DNA of 64,000 nt from Nitrospirota bacterium. Its GTDB lineage: Bacteria > Nitrospirota > Nitrospiria > Nitrospirales > Nitrospiraceae. The stretch spans positions 352,001 to 416,000 of the forward strand of contig CAVPBK010000006.1 of assembly GCA_963701855.1 (NCBI GenBank). The letters run 5' to 3'. Position 1 is the stretch's first letter, and each line of letters opens with the position of its first letter. The translations under genes were made by a program, and so were the position numbers. Positions 10,875 through 22,200 of the stretch are shown here, piece after piece. The notes beneath the pieces were generated by a model. That model had not been told where the DNA came from and did not search any database. It saw only the letters and a list, made by a program, of their open reading frames with translations.

Positions 10875-11219
10875 GGAGAAGAGCCCGGGAGATTAACGCG
10901 ACTGATTAAGGATTCTTAAACTCAGAAGATCGAATATGCCATGATCTCGATCGGTGACACCGATCATTACAAAGCATTCCCGTGGAGTAATTTCAAAGTC
11001 GACAAGGAAGAGGGCAACGTCGCGCTCAACGTGACGAGGGAGCAGCTGCGGCCCGAGCTCGCGCAAACCGATCTCTCGCCGGACGTTACGAAAGTGGTGG
11101 AAGATCCGCCGCAGATGCTCAGAAAGTCGGAACCTCGAAATGCCGAAAAGCGTGATCGTTTAAGCAGTGGTCCGGTGAGCGAACACGACGTGGGCGACTC
11201 CCCATCTTCTGGCAAGTAA
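10875..11219 (+). pseudogene. PRC-barrel-like gene remnant
   Basis: GEEPGRLTRLIKDS*TQKIEYAMISIG...PWSNFKV resembles a PRC barrel; in-frame stop; 5' end replaced by the IS. Confidence 0.5.
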
Positions 11220-11430
11220 AACATGGACGAGGGTTGTCAGGGATGGCCGAAGCAGAGGACTCCGGCGTCATCATCTGACCCCAACTGCTCTCTGCAACTC
11301 TGAGAGCTAGGGGATTTCCCAGTACCCTAACCGGCTAGGCAGGAACAGGATGCTTGATCATGAGGGTTGGCATCTCGACTTGTTGCCGTTCTTGGCTCGC
11401 CCTGTAAAAAATTATAGAAGGAGGTGGAGA

Positions 11431-11688
11431 ATGGTTGGAGAAACCATGTTCGCTCAAATAATTCATGAGGCGCCGTCCGCTTCGAGAAAAAAGCCGTCGC
11501 TGCTCGCCGTCTGTTGTATGTGCGGACTCGTTCGAGACGAGACCAGACATTCCCTCGATCATGAGCGTTGGGTTACGCGGCGAACGTATCGAAAAATACA
11601 TGGTGCGATGCCGGACGATTGCGTTCTCACTCATACATACTGTCCAAACTGTTATACACAGGTTATGGATAGAATGAGTACCGGCTAG
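11431..11688 (+). CDS. small Cys/His-rich (zinc-binding-like) protein
   Basis: VCCMCG and THTYCPNC motifs; GGAGGTGGAG RBS. Confidence 0.6.
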   Translation: MVGETMFAQIIHEAPSASRKKPSLLAVCCMCGLVRDETRHSLDHERWVTRRTYRKIHGAMPDDCVLTHTYCPNCYTQVMDRMSTG

Positions 11689-11748
11689 GTCATGTAGTGT
11701 CTCCGCGTCCCATGCGGTACAGTTCTACCCGGTCTCTGGTTATCCATA

Positions 11749-12012
11749 ATGGCCGTAGGAGTCACAATGGCTGGTGAATTCATGCCCTCTCAGATAGCGC
11801 GGGTGGTGGCTGACGCGAAGGATCAAACCGAAATGGCCAATACTCTCAGAGAATTTGGGAAAAGCGTTGTGGCCTTGCGCGACGTGATGGATCAGGACAG
11901 GTCCTTCACTGATATGGAATTACTGTTCATTGAAAACCATTTCCAAGTCATACAGATGGCCTATCTTCGGTGGAAGCGGAAGCATAGGCTCGTACCTAGA
12001 GATCCGGCGTAG
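11749..12012 (+). CDS. hypothetical protein
   Basis: Clean ORF, helical composition; start uncertain. Confidence 0.5.
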   Translation: MAVGVTMAGEFMPSQIARVVADAKDQTEMANTLREFGKSVVALRDVMDQDRSFTDMELLFIENHFQVIQMAYLRWKRKHRLVPRDPA

Positions 12013-12071
12013 GGAAAATTCGCGGAATCACCTCAAGTATCTCTTTAATCTGTAGCCAGGTAGAGCCACTT

Positions 12072-12308
12072 TCAACCTATGGATTGTTGATCTATCCAGT
12101 TCTTGGCCTTTTCGAGGGCGAAGACATTCGCCTTATATTCGGTGGTGCAGGTTTCGCTCAATTCACCATATATGTGTTGAAGTAATTCTGGGCTGCCCGC
12201 CAGCAACCATGCTAACGCCATAGGTACCCATCGGTCAGCTTCGAGATGTTGCGAACAGGCCTTAATCTGATGATTCTTATATGTCATCCACGTAGGCAAC
12301 TTCAGCAC
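12072..12308 (-). CDS. hypothetical protein
   Basis: Small ORF following the PPIase on the same strand. Confidence 0.45.
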   Translation of the reverse strand: MLKLPTWMTYKNHQIKACSQHLEADRWVPMALAWLLAGSPELLQHIYGELSETCTTEYKANVFALEKAKNWIDQQSIG

Positions 12309-12353
12309 TCCACTACGGTTCTCAGGAATGCCAGATTAGAACGAGACACATGA

Positions 12354-12896
12354 TCATGGATTTTCAACTTTAAGAATCTTCAGTTTCACGACGAGCCTCT
12401 TCCCGGCGAGCGGATGGTTATAATCCAACACAGCCATGGTGCTCCCTACTTCCGTCACAGTGGCAAGTTCGCCCGCATCATTCCGCAAGGCGTCTCCTGG
12501 TTTCGCCCCAAACGGCAACAACGTTTTGGGGATATTCAGCTTTTTCCTGTCATCATGAGGGCCAAAGCCCTCCCCTGGCCTCAGCTCTACTTTCTTTTCC
12601 TCCCCGGGTTTCATTCCAACTACTTCTCGCTCCAATGCTGGAAAAATCTCGTGCTGACCCTGAATAAACTCAGTGACGTTGCCGTAGTCGATCTCGGTCG
12701 AGCCGGGAGCGCTCGCAACATATTGAAGAGTAACTTGCGAGCCTTCCACGATCTGATCCGACCCAGAATTCATCTTAGTTTGTCGCCCGCTCCGTAGATG
12801 GATCCGGCTCAAACTGGGACGCCATTCCATACCCAGACCGGAACCATGCCGAGGCTAAGAACCACTGCCGCTAGCAAGAATCGGTGCGTGTTTCAT
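12354..12896 (-). pseudogene. FKBP/SlyD-type PPIase; core intact, signal-peptide region disrupted
   Basis: GMKPGEEKKV, GFG and DYNHPLAGK motifs; RBS plus ATG at 12896 hits a TAG and the hydrophobic signal lies in another frame. Confidence 0.7.
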
Positions 12897-12961
12897 GACC
12901 AGTCTCCCTCATCAGTCAGTCTCGATCGATCAACTTCGTCCCGTTCTTACCTATCTCACGA

Positions 12962-12976
12962 GCAAAGGAAATGCCA
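12962..12976 (-). promoter_or_regulatory. sigma54 -24/-12 promoter
   Basis: TGGCATTTCCTTTGC (GG-N10-GC) upstream of the PPIase. Confidence 0.7.
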
Positions 12977-13380
12977 TTTGCTCATATGACAGTTGGGGCT
13001 TATCTTTCAAACAGATATGGACCATAAACTAACGGAGCGGTTGCGTGGCCAATGCGCAGCCCGTCCTAGGATTCAAGGGAACGAGGCTAAGGTCCTGTTT
13101 GTTTAGATCTTTCCACGGCGACAGGTTGTCTACGTCTGGACAGATTGTTCAACAATATACGTACAGGATCAGCTCGACCACGCGACGATTGATTGGACGG
13201 TGTCCACCGATGGACCCTGACTGAAAAAGAAAGCGCCAGGCGCAGTGGACGGCTCGATGGTGCCTTCAGTTTTCAGAGTGGTAGCAATGTGGTAACAGAG
13301 GCGATTATGTTGGACTTGACACGCCAACCAGAGGCCCTCTGGTATTCTTTTGTGCAGAATCATTTCTTCTCGGACCTGAC

Positions 13381-13570
13381 TCACACTGCTGACTTTATAA
13401 TAGCTTGGCTCGCCATCACACTGTTCGGGACGATGATTTCGCGGTTCTCCGAGGTCTTACTAACCGTGTAGCCCAGCGTGAGGCCTTCTATCGTGCCGGT
13501 TTGAAAGCCAACCGGAACCATCAGTTGAACTGGGTCATCGATTTGGAACGGCCCTTGTGTTTGGGTGGTG
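13381..13570 (-). pseudogene. MscS mechanosensitive channel C-terminal fragment
   Basis: PFQIDD.V...GTIEGLTLGYT....NREIIVPNS motif, with no TM part. Confidence 0.55.
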
Positions 13571-13690
13571 ACAGACGTGTCGATATATTTGTATAGTAAA
13601 TCCCTAGATATGCGCGATGTGCGCACTGTCACCGGTTTCACGACGTACTATCTCAATCAGACATTGTCTGGGGAAAAGGAGTCGAGCACC

Positions 13691-14368
13691 ATGAAACCAC
13701 AAGTGATCGTGGCTGATGACCATCGACTTGTCGCCGAAGGTGTCGTCAAGATCTTGGAGAAGGAATACACTGTAGTCGCGACCCCCACAGACGGACGCGG
13801 CTTCATCGAATCAGTTGAAAAGTTTCGCCCCGCCCTTGCCTTAGTTGATATTTCTCTCCCTCAGTTGAATGGACTGGATGCCTGCCGCCATGTGAAAAAG
13901 TCCTGTCCCGAAGTCAAGATCATCATTCTGACGATGCATTCGGAACAGCATTTTGTGAACGAAGCCTTTCGTGTCGGAGTCGAAGGATACTTGCTCAAAA
14001 CCTCAGTCGCTGATGAGCTCTTGTTTGCTGTGAAGGAAGTGCTGAAGGGATCCACGTACATTTCGCCGGTGATCGCGCAGGGTCTGGTCGATCAGGCCTT
14101 GGAATCGTCGACAGATTCTCAGAGGCGACCGATACCCACCCCGACCGTCACGCTTAGTCTACGACAGAGGGAGGTCTTGCAACTGGTGGCAGAAGGCAAG
14201 TCCAATAAGGAAATCGCGTCCGCGATCAACGTGACGGTGAAAACTATCGAGTTCCACAAGGCCAGAATCTCGAAGGAACTCGGTGTCCGTACCACCGCCG
14301 AACTGACGAAACAAGCCATCTCCCTTGGACTCATCGCCCCACCTGAGACGCCTCAGGCCCCAAGTTAG
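13691..14368 (+). CDS. NarL/LuxR-family response regulator
   Basis: REC (ADDH, VDISLP, LK) plus LSLRQREVLQLVAEGKSNKEIA HTH; AAGGAG RBS. Confidence 0.92.
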   Translation: MKPQVIVADDHRLVAEGVVKILEKEYTVVATPTDGRGFIESVEKFRPALALVDISLPQLNGLDACRHVKKSCPEVKIIILTMHSEQHFVNEAFRVGVEGYLLKTSVADELLFAVKEVLKGSTYISPVIAQGLVDQALESSTDSQRRPIPTPTVTLSLRQREVLQLVAEGKSNKEIASAINVTVKTIEFHKARISKELGVRTTAELTKQAISLGLIAPPETPQAPS

Positions 14369-14415
14369 CCGAATTGCTTTCTCCGAAAGTCCAGTGACCA
14401 GGATCGGATGGAGCA

Positions 14416-15057
14416 TTAGAGCTTGGTCAGCCCCTGTGCCAATGCAAATTTGGTGAGATCGGAAGCGGTCTTCAGACCCAGTTTTTTCACGAGTCCCGCC
14501 TTGTGAAACTCGACTGTCTTCACAGAGATGCCCATCGCTGTGGCAATGGTCTTCGCCGAAAGACCATTGGCAAACATCCGCAAGACCTCCTGCTGCCGCG
14601 GCGTCAATTGGATGTTGTATCCTTCGGGACGGATCCACGGATGCTCGATCGATTCTCGCACGTCCGCCGCGACTTCGGCAGAGACGTACCGGCGATCACT
14701 CATCACGGTACGGATGGCGGTCATGAGCTCGGTCGAAGCGGATTGTTTGAGCACATACCCATTTGCCCCCTTCTTGAACCCTTCGCTGACATAGAAGGGT
14801 TCGCTGAGCATCGTCACGAGAATAATTTTTACACGGGGGAGTTTCCCTTTGAGCAATTGGATGAGATCAAACCCGTTCATGTCGGGCAATGAGACATCCA
14901 ATAGCACAACGTCCGGAGCCGCCCTTTGAGCCTTCTCCAGAAGTTCCGTCCCGTTATGGGCTGTCCCGACAATCACTGTGTCGTTGGCGAGTAACTGTCG
15001 GAACCCTTCCAACACTAAGGAATGATCGTCGGCAATGAACACTCGCGGTTGATACAT
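14416..15057 (-). CDS. NarL/LuxR-family response regulator (convergent paralog)
   Basis: REC plus LTPRQQEVL...KTVEFHKA HTH. Confidence 0.92.
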   Translation of the reverse strand: MYQPRVFIADDHSLVLEGFRQLLANDTVIVGTAHNGTELLEKAQRAAPDVVLLDVSLPDMNGFDLIQLLKGKLPRVKIILVTMLSEPFYVSEGFKKGANGYVLKQSASTELMTAIRTVMSDRRYVSAEVAADVRESIEHPWIRPEGYNIQLTPRQQEVLRMFANGLSAKTIATAMGISVKTVEFHKAGLVKKLGLKTASDLTKFALAQGLTKL

Positions 15058-15534
15058 ATCTGCTCCGGAGATCAATCTATGTCGCTGCGTCCGAGACGTC
15101 CAACGACCACCAGCATGGCACCGTCCCAGCGTCCAGATGTTATCACATCGCCAGATCTCACAACCTATGGATTACCCCAGTTCAAAGGGAGTCGATCGAA
15201 CGAAATGTAACATTCTAGACAACAAAGTAGATTCTTCCCCTAATGCGAGAGCCTGCGCGACAGGTCCGAGCACCTTCAACGTAAAATCCCTTCTCAGCGT
15301 AGTCCCACTACATCTCGCTTGTGAGAAGACCCTCAACCCAGCAAAAAAGAAGCACATGCGCAAGGTAAGCCCCCTAATCAAGAAATGACATTGCTCTCGG
15401 CCTCTCCGCCGCCCACTTTGTGGAGTGCCACATCTTCACAACTCTGGCAAGTTCTCCCTTTCGTCTTTACGTACAGTTTTTCTTCGACTCGCTGACGGGC
15501 GACCACGTTTCTCGAAGGCCTCTGTCCTAAGAGT

Positions 15535-15948
15535 ATGGATAGAATTCCGAATCGCAACTCGGGTTACTTTCGCATCGGGTTCGTTGTTTCTGCCTGTAAC
15601 ACAACAAAAGCCACGGTCGATACGTTCGCCAAATTCACCTCGAGCACCAGCCCGGAGGAATGGATCAATGGTGACGGCGTCATAACCGACAGCCAAAAGG
15701 CCCGGCTGTTTACTGCAGTCGCGTTTGAGAATCTGGAGCAGGACATTGCACGTGGGAATGGAGAATATCTCACATCGTTAGCCGTGTTGATGAAGGTTCC
15801 TCCCGGGGAACAGGACAAGTTTAGGACGCACACCCAGAGCAACTATCCTCTCCTCTTCGCTCCTGACCGGCGGACGACGGAAAGCATGCTGGGCATGCTG
15901 ACCAGTATGAGGCAAGACCTCCGAGGTGAGAGTCAACGAGTGGAATGA
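15535..15948 (+). CDS. DUF3015-like protein, possible lipoprotein
   Basis: VSAC lipobox-like; FENLEQDIARGNGEYLTSLA motif. Confidence 0.65.
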   Translation: MDRIPNRNSGYFRIGFVVSACNTTKATVDTFAKFTSSTSPEEWINGDGVITDSQKARLFTAVAFENLEQDIARGNGEYLTSLAVLMKVPPGEQDKFRTHTQSNYPLLFAPDRRTTESMLGMLTSMRQDLRGESQRVE

Positions 15949-16229
15949 GACAACATTCGCAAACCCACGTTGGCCGCGGTGGCGTTCTAGGGGTTGATAG
16001 TGAAGAACCTGCGAGGCGGTCGTGCCGGAGTCCCCAATGACTCGGGTAAATCCCAGTGGTGGGGATGGCTGACCCATGCGATCCTTCGGATCAGACGTGG
16101 GCTGAGAAAACACTATCTTGTACGAGGGGGGCGCCATGCCGATAGTTCTCTGGTTATTTGGGCTTCCCGTCACTCTCGCTCTGGTGATGTGGTTGGTTGA
16201 GATTGTGCAATTTTGAGTCCGAGTGAGAC

Positions 16230-16244
16230 AGGCTTGTGCAATGC
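16230..16244 (+). promoter_or_regulatory. sigma54 -24/-12 promoter (candidate)
   Basis: AGGCTTGTGCAATGC (GG-N10-GC) upstream of ORF 16324. Confidence 0.5.
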
Positions 16245-16323
16245 CCGCGTTCCCTTCTTGCCGATCGGTAGAATGACGCGGGAGATAGGGTTCCCAACGT
16301 GGTTGGGAAAAGGAGGTGCCATT

Positions 16324-16551
16324 ATGACCTGCCGAGTGGCTCGCTTGTCCCCAGACCTCCCCCTCATAAGAATGGATCTGGTCTTCTGCTGTGAAGGCTC
16401 ATCGGATCTGGCGGTGTGCTACCCCTCGAAAAACCTGGGGCCACATTCGTGCCCAACTTGCACCCAGTTCAAGGTCGAGTACGAAATATGGGAGAAAATC
16501 AGGGCGGGATTGTCGATGGAGGGAGCAGCCTGTCGCCTGACTTGGCTGTGA
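16324..16551 (+). CDS. small Cys-rich protein
   Basis: Strong AAAGGAGGT RBS; CC and CPTC motifs. Confidence 0.55.
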   Translation: MTCRVARLSPDLPLIRMDLVFCCEGSSDLAVCYPSKNLGPHSCPTCTQFKVEYEIWEKIRAGLSMEGAACRLTWL

Positions 16552-16587
16552 TGCACCCAAGTGAACTTCAAGAATGAGCGATAAAAA

Positions 16588-16818
16588 ATGGAAAGAGGAA
16601 CCATGCTTTGTCATCGCTGCCGCGGACTGCTAGTGTATGAACGCTTCAGTGATCTGAGAGAGGAAGCAGGCGGCATGTCCCCAGCAGCACGATGCATCAA
16701 TTGTGGATATATCGAAGACTCCGTGGTTCGTTTCAATCGCCTTCACCCTCCTGCGGCGAAACGGCCGATCCCTCGTAGGATGGTCAGGAATGTCGCGCTC
16801 CTAAGACCTCAATCCTGA
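16588..16818 (+). CDS. small zinc-ribbon protein
   Basis: CHRCRG...RCINCG. Confidence 0.7.
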   Translation: MERGTMLCHRCRGLLVYERFSDLREEAGGMSPAARCINCGYIEDSVVRFNRLHPPAAKRPIPRRMVRNVALLRPQS

Positions 16819-17134
16819 CGGTATCGCTTCATATGAGCTGAAGGTCCTACGGCGGTTGTGCCCCACCGCTTGATACCCTGCGGTTCCTCATGGAGGGCAT
16901 TGCCTCCTTCGATTTGATCCTGCGCATCGACCTCGTGAGTCCTCGGTTGCCCTCACGGTCTGAAGGCAAGAGGCTCTCTTCCAAATAATGTGAGCCCGGT
17001 CAGTTCTGATCAGTGCAGAGAAGATTACCTCCCCGCAAGCATAGTGACCGTCATGCTACGAGAGGCGCTCTCGAAACCGCATCGAGTCTTCTGGCCTCAT
17101 CCGACTCGGCCTGGGCCATCAGGGATGGTATGGG

Positions 17135-17866
17135 CTAGGAGGTTAAAACAACATCGAGGAGGGATCGGTGCACATGCAGACTCGCGTTGTATTTGTTGTA
17201 TTTAATGAACCCGCGTTTTTTGAACCGATTCATAAAGAAACTCACGCGTGACCGCGTCGTCCCGACCATTCCGGCCAGCGTTCCCTGACTGATCTTGGGA
17301 ATGATCTGTACTGGGGCATCTTCTCTCTCAAAGTGGGCCAACAACAACAGCGTTCGCGCCAGCCGTTTCTCGGCAGAATTAACGAGTTGATCGACCAAGT
17401 CCTCTTGGGTGCGTACGGTACGGGTCACGAGATGAGACAGAAACAGCTCGGAGAACGTCGGCTCCTTGTGGAGGACGCGGATCATGGTGGCCCTGTCGAT
17501 GCGTACGACCGTGGAGGCATCCACAACAGTAGCCGTCGCCATACATATGCGCGGCTCGGCGAGACAGGCTTCACCGAAAAAATCTCCGTTCCCCAGCATT
17601 GCGACAATGGCTTCTTTGCCTTCGGTGGACACAACCGTAAGCTTGACCCAGCCCTCCACGAGATAGAACACGGCATTGGCCTCACCCCCTTGCGCAAAAA
17701 GAATCTGATCTCTCTGGCATCGCAGCGTCGTTCTGCCGTCGCCGGCTTGCGTGAGAAAGGTCGCGGGGTTGAATGGTGTCCCTCGTGTGGATTCCCCTAC
17801 TATCCCTCCAAGTGGTCTCAATATCGCAGTGTGAGATCCCGCCGATAGCAATAAGTCGTGGGCCAT
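17135..17866 (-). CDS. Crp/Fnr-family transcriptional regulator
   Basis: cNMP fold GDFFGE; AEKRLARTLL; LAGMVGTTRSRVS HTH; AAGGAG RBS. Confidence 0.9.
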   Translation of the reverse strand: MAHDLLLSAGSHTAILRPLGGIVGESTRGTPFNPATFLTQAGDGRTTLRCQRDQILFAQGGEANAVFYLVEGWVKLTVVSTEGKEAIVAMLGNGDFFGEACLAEPRICMATATVVDASTVVRIDRATMIRVLHKEPTFSELFLSHLVTRTVRTQEDLVDQLVNSAEKRLARTLLLLAHFEREDAPVQIIPKISQGTLAGMVGTTRSRVSFFMNRFKKRGFIKYNKYNASLHVHRSLLDVVLTS

Positions 17867-17967
17867 GACAGAGACTCCTTTCAACAGTAGAACATTGTGA
17901 CATGCGCACGCGAGCGTCCGAACCACATAAGCTCGTGCGATTCGCAGATGATCAGGTAGCTAATCGA

Positions 17968-18204
17968 TCATGCCGCGGTGACCAACGTGGCTTCGGAATG
18001 AAATAGGGCACGGTTTCGGAGAATCGTCTCGTCCACGATGTCGCCGCACTGAAGGCAACGGAGCGCCCAAAAGGTGCAATACCCCGTGTCACTCTCAAGA
18101 TCGATACACATTTCATGCTCCAGGCACCCGCTGCAACGCGTGCAGCTCAGCTGAGTATACAGCCTCGTGGGCGCCCCCGCTGTCTTAGATAGCATCGTGT
18201 TCAT
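17968..18204 (-). CDS. small zinc-ribbon protein
   Basis: CTRCSG...RCLQCG; GAGGAGG RBS. Confidence 0.7.
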   Translation of the reverse strand: MNTMLSKTAGAPTRLYTQLSCTRCSGCLEHEMCIDLESDTGYCTFWALRCLQCGDIVDETILRNRALFHSEATLVTAA

Positions 18205-19206
18205 GGGACCCTCCTCTCGGTGGTTTCGTTGATAATGAATTGCTTGCGCCTACACTGCACATGCGCATACTACTATCGTGAGCCGAGCTGTCGCCCTGGC
18301 TACCTCCCTAGTTTGACCAGTCAATTGCCCTGGCGCTCTTGGGTCTGTACATGGGAAGAGTCGGTCGTGACGGTATGCCTGGGAGCGAGGATCGGAGACC
18401 GACACAACCGAGGACATGGAACCAGAGAAGGTCGAAAGATCATAGCTGAGGGACATCGATGATCCCTGCTAGATCACTAGGGAAGTGCTGAGTTCTTGGA
18501 GTTCATCGCCAAAGAAGGCGTAGGGATAGTGGCGGAAGGGTCGTCGCCCATTCCCTATCCCGGTACTCCCCTTGAGGCGCAATCGCTGAGACTGCTACAG
18601 TAGGCTGGCCAGATAATCATCAGCAATCTGAAGAGGTGACGCCACACCCAATGCAAGTCATCTAACATTCCAATGCTTTACAACGCTAAGAGACCGCGGT
18701 TGATGGAAAAGGTGTGAGCTGCAGATTTAAGTATCGATATAATCTTCGTTTAACTAGGGATTCTCCTAGGGGGAGGACGGCTATTGTACACATATACTCA
18801 CCGCGCGCTGCCCACCTAGGGTGTTGGCCGCCGAGCATGTTACCTGGATCTCATGCGGACATATGACGGGTAGATCGTAGCGTTCATTCATAACCATCAG
18901 AGAGGGGATGATCGTGGGAAAGGCCGACCGTCCTTCTGTGAAATCGAATGAGGTGAATTCGTTACAGCCATCCCTGGCTGACCTTCTCAGTATTTTTACC
19001 CTCGCTCTCCTACCCTCCCTCAGGATCGCTCAGTGGATCGGGTATGCTTTGCCTCTCCGGTATGTGTCCAGCTTCTCACTTAAACCCGCTATCTCCCGTA
19101 CCTTCGTCGCGCTCGCACGCACTGGATTGATCACGGGTGTGGCGTTTTCGCCCATGCTTCGCCATCAGACATCTTCTTCAACTCTCCTCCTGAAACGAGG
19201 AACAAT

Positions 19207-22200
19207 ATGAACGAAACATCGATTCTCCCATCCCGCAAGAAGCAGCCGTCCGAGGCCGTACTGGGCAATGGTAAGCCCGGCAGGCAGAAAACGAGGCACA
19301 TTCTGTCGAAGGATTCCTCCGAGGCTCATTCGCGGCTGATTCTCGCAACGATTGTCGCGTTTCGCGATGGGGATTTCTCGGTGCGGTTACCTGCGGGTTG
19401 GACAGGGATGGATGCGCAGATTGCGGAGGCATTCAATCAGACGATCGCGCAAAAGGAGCACATTCTGAAGGAGGTCACGCGGTTGAGCGCGACAGTGGGC
19501 AAGGAGGGACGGCTGAGGGAACGCATGTCGCTGCCGGGAGCGGTCGGCGCATGGGCGACGGAGGTGGATTCCATCAATACACTCATTGACGATCTCGTGC
19601 GGCCCACGACAGAAATCGCGCGAACCATCGGCGCAGTGGCCAAGGGCGACCTCGATCGGTCGATGGAACTGGAGGTGGACGGGCGCTTGCTGAAGGGTGA
19701 GTTCCTGCGCTCAGCGAAGCTTGTGAATACCATGATCGATCAGCTTTCGGTCTTCACGTCTGAAGTCACCCGTGTGGCGCGCGAAGTCGGCACCGAGGGC
19801 AAGCTCGGCGGCCAGGCGCGGGTCAAGGGTGTGTCCGGAGTGTGGAAGGAACTCACCGACTCGGTAAACCAGATGGCAGGCAACCTGACCGCCCAGGTGC
19901 GCAACATCGCCGACGTGACCATCGCAGTGGCGAATGGCGATTTGTCCAAGAAGATTACCGTCGATGTGCGCGGTGAGATTTTGCAGCTCAAGGAGGCCAT
20001 CAACACGATGGTGGATCAGCTCCGCTCCTTCGCGTCGGAGGTGACGCGCGTGGCGCGCGAGGTCGGCACCGACGGTCGTCTCGGCGGGCAGGCGGTGGTG
20101 CCCGGGGTGGCCGGCACCTGGAAGGATCTCACAGACTCGGTCAATGCCATGGCAACCAATCTCACCGCGCAGGTGCGCAACATCGCGACGGTAACTACTG
20201 CAGTGGCACGCGGCGATCTTTCGCGGAAGATCACTGTCGATGTGAAAGGCGAGATTCTTGAGCTGAAAGAAACTATCAACACGATGGTCGAGCAGCTCCG
20301 TTCCTTTGCCTCCGAGGTCACGCGTGTGGCACGCGAGGTCGGCACCGAGGGCAAGCTCGGCGGCCAGGCCCAAGTGCCTGGCGTGGCCGGTACCTGGAAA
20401 GATCTCACCGATAACGTCAACTCCATGGCCAATAACCTCACCGGCCAGGTCCGCAACATCGCCGACGTGGCCACGGCCATCGCCAAGGGCGATCTCTCCT
20501 CGAAAATTACCGTCGAGGTGAAGGGCGAAATCCTTGAGTTAAAGAACACCATTAATACGATGGTGGACCAGCTCAACGCCTTTGCTTCCGAGGTCACGCG
20601 TGTGGCGCGCGAGGTCGGCACCGAGGGAAAACTCGGCGGCCAAGCCCAAGTGGGCGGCGTGGGCGGTACCTGGAAGGACCTCACCGACAATGTCAACTTC
20701 ATGGCCTCCAATCTCACCGGCCAGGTCCGCAACATCGCCGACGTGGCCACGGCCATCGCCAAGGGCGATCTCTCCTCGAAAATTACCGTCGAGGTGAAGG
20801 GCGAAATCCTCACCTTGAAAAACACGCTCAACACGATGGTGGACCAGCTCAACGCCTTCGCCGGCGAGGTCAGCCGCGTGGCGCGCGAGGTCGGCACCGA
20901 CGGCAAGCTCGGCGGCCAGGCGCAAGTGCCCGGCGTGGCCGGCACCTGGAAGGATCTCACCGATAACGTCAACTCCATGGCCAACAACCTCACCGGCCAG
21001 GTCCGCAACATCGCCGACGTAACCACCGCTGTGGCACGCGGTGACTTGAGCCGCAAGATCACCGTCGATGTACGTGGTGAAATTCTCGAGTTGAAGGAAA
21101 CCATCAACACAATGGTGGATCAGCTTCGTTCATTCGCCGGTGAGGTCAGCCGCGTGGCGCGCGAAGTCGGCACCGACGGCAAGCTCGGCGGCCAGGCGCA
21201 AGTGCCCGGCGTAGCCGGCACCTGGAAGGATCTCACCGATAACGTCAACTCCATGGCCAATAACCTCACCGGCCAGGTCCGCAACATCGCCGACGTGGCC
21301 ACAGCCATCGCCAAGGGCGATCTCTCTTCGAAGATCACCGTCGAGGTGAAAGGCGAAATCCTCACCTTGAAAAACACGCTCAACACGATGGTGGACCAGC
21401 TCAACGCCTTCGCCGGCGAGGTCAGCCGCGTGGCGCGCGAGGTCGGCACCGAAGGCAAGCTCGGCGGCCAGGCGCAAGTGCCCGGCGTGGCCGGCACCTG
21501 GAAGGATCTCACCGATAACGTCAACTCCATGGCCAACAACCTCACCGGCCAGGTCCGCAATATCGCCGACGTGACCACCGCTGTGGCACGCGGTGACTTG
21601 AGCCGCAAGATCACCGTCGAGGTGAAGGGCGAAATCCTCGAGTTGAAGAACACCATCAATACGATGGTTGATCAACTCAACGGCTTCGCTTCCGAGGTCA
21701 CGCGCGTGGCGCGCGAGGTCGGCACCGAGGGCAAGCTCGGCGGCCAGGCGCAAGTGCCCGGCGTGGCCGGCACTTGGAAGGATCTCACCGATAACGTCAA
21801 CTCCATGGCCAATAACCTGACCAGCCAGGTCCGCAACATCGCCGACGTGGCGACCGCCGTAGCCAATGGCGATCTTTCCCGCAAGATCACCGTCGATGTG
21901 CGCGGTGAGATTTTGCAACTCAAAGAAACCATCAACACGATGGTCGAACAGCTCAACTCCTTCGCCGGCGAGGTCAGCCGCGTGGCGCGCGAAGTCGGCA
22001 CCGAGGGCAAGCTCGGCGGCCAGGCCTTGGTCAAAGGCGTGGGCGGCACCTGGAAGGATCTCACCGATAACGTCAACTCCATGGCCAATAACCTCACCGG
22101 CCAGGTCCGCAACATCGCCGAGGTGACCATCGCCGTGGCCAACGGCGATCTTTCCCGCAAGATCACCGTCGATGTACGCGGCGAAATTTTGCAACTCAAG

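Noticed and set aside
18220..19200. Short ORFs upstream of the large kinase
   Set aside because: No RBS or motif support; more likely regulatory DNA containing the palindromic operator.
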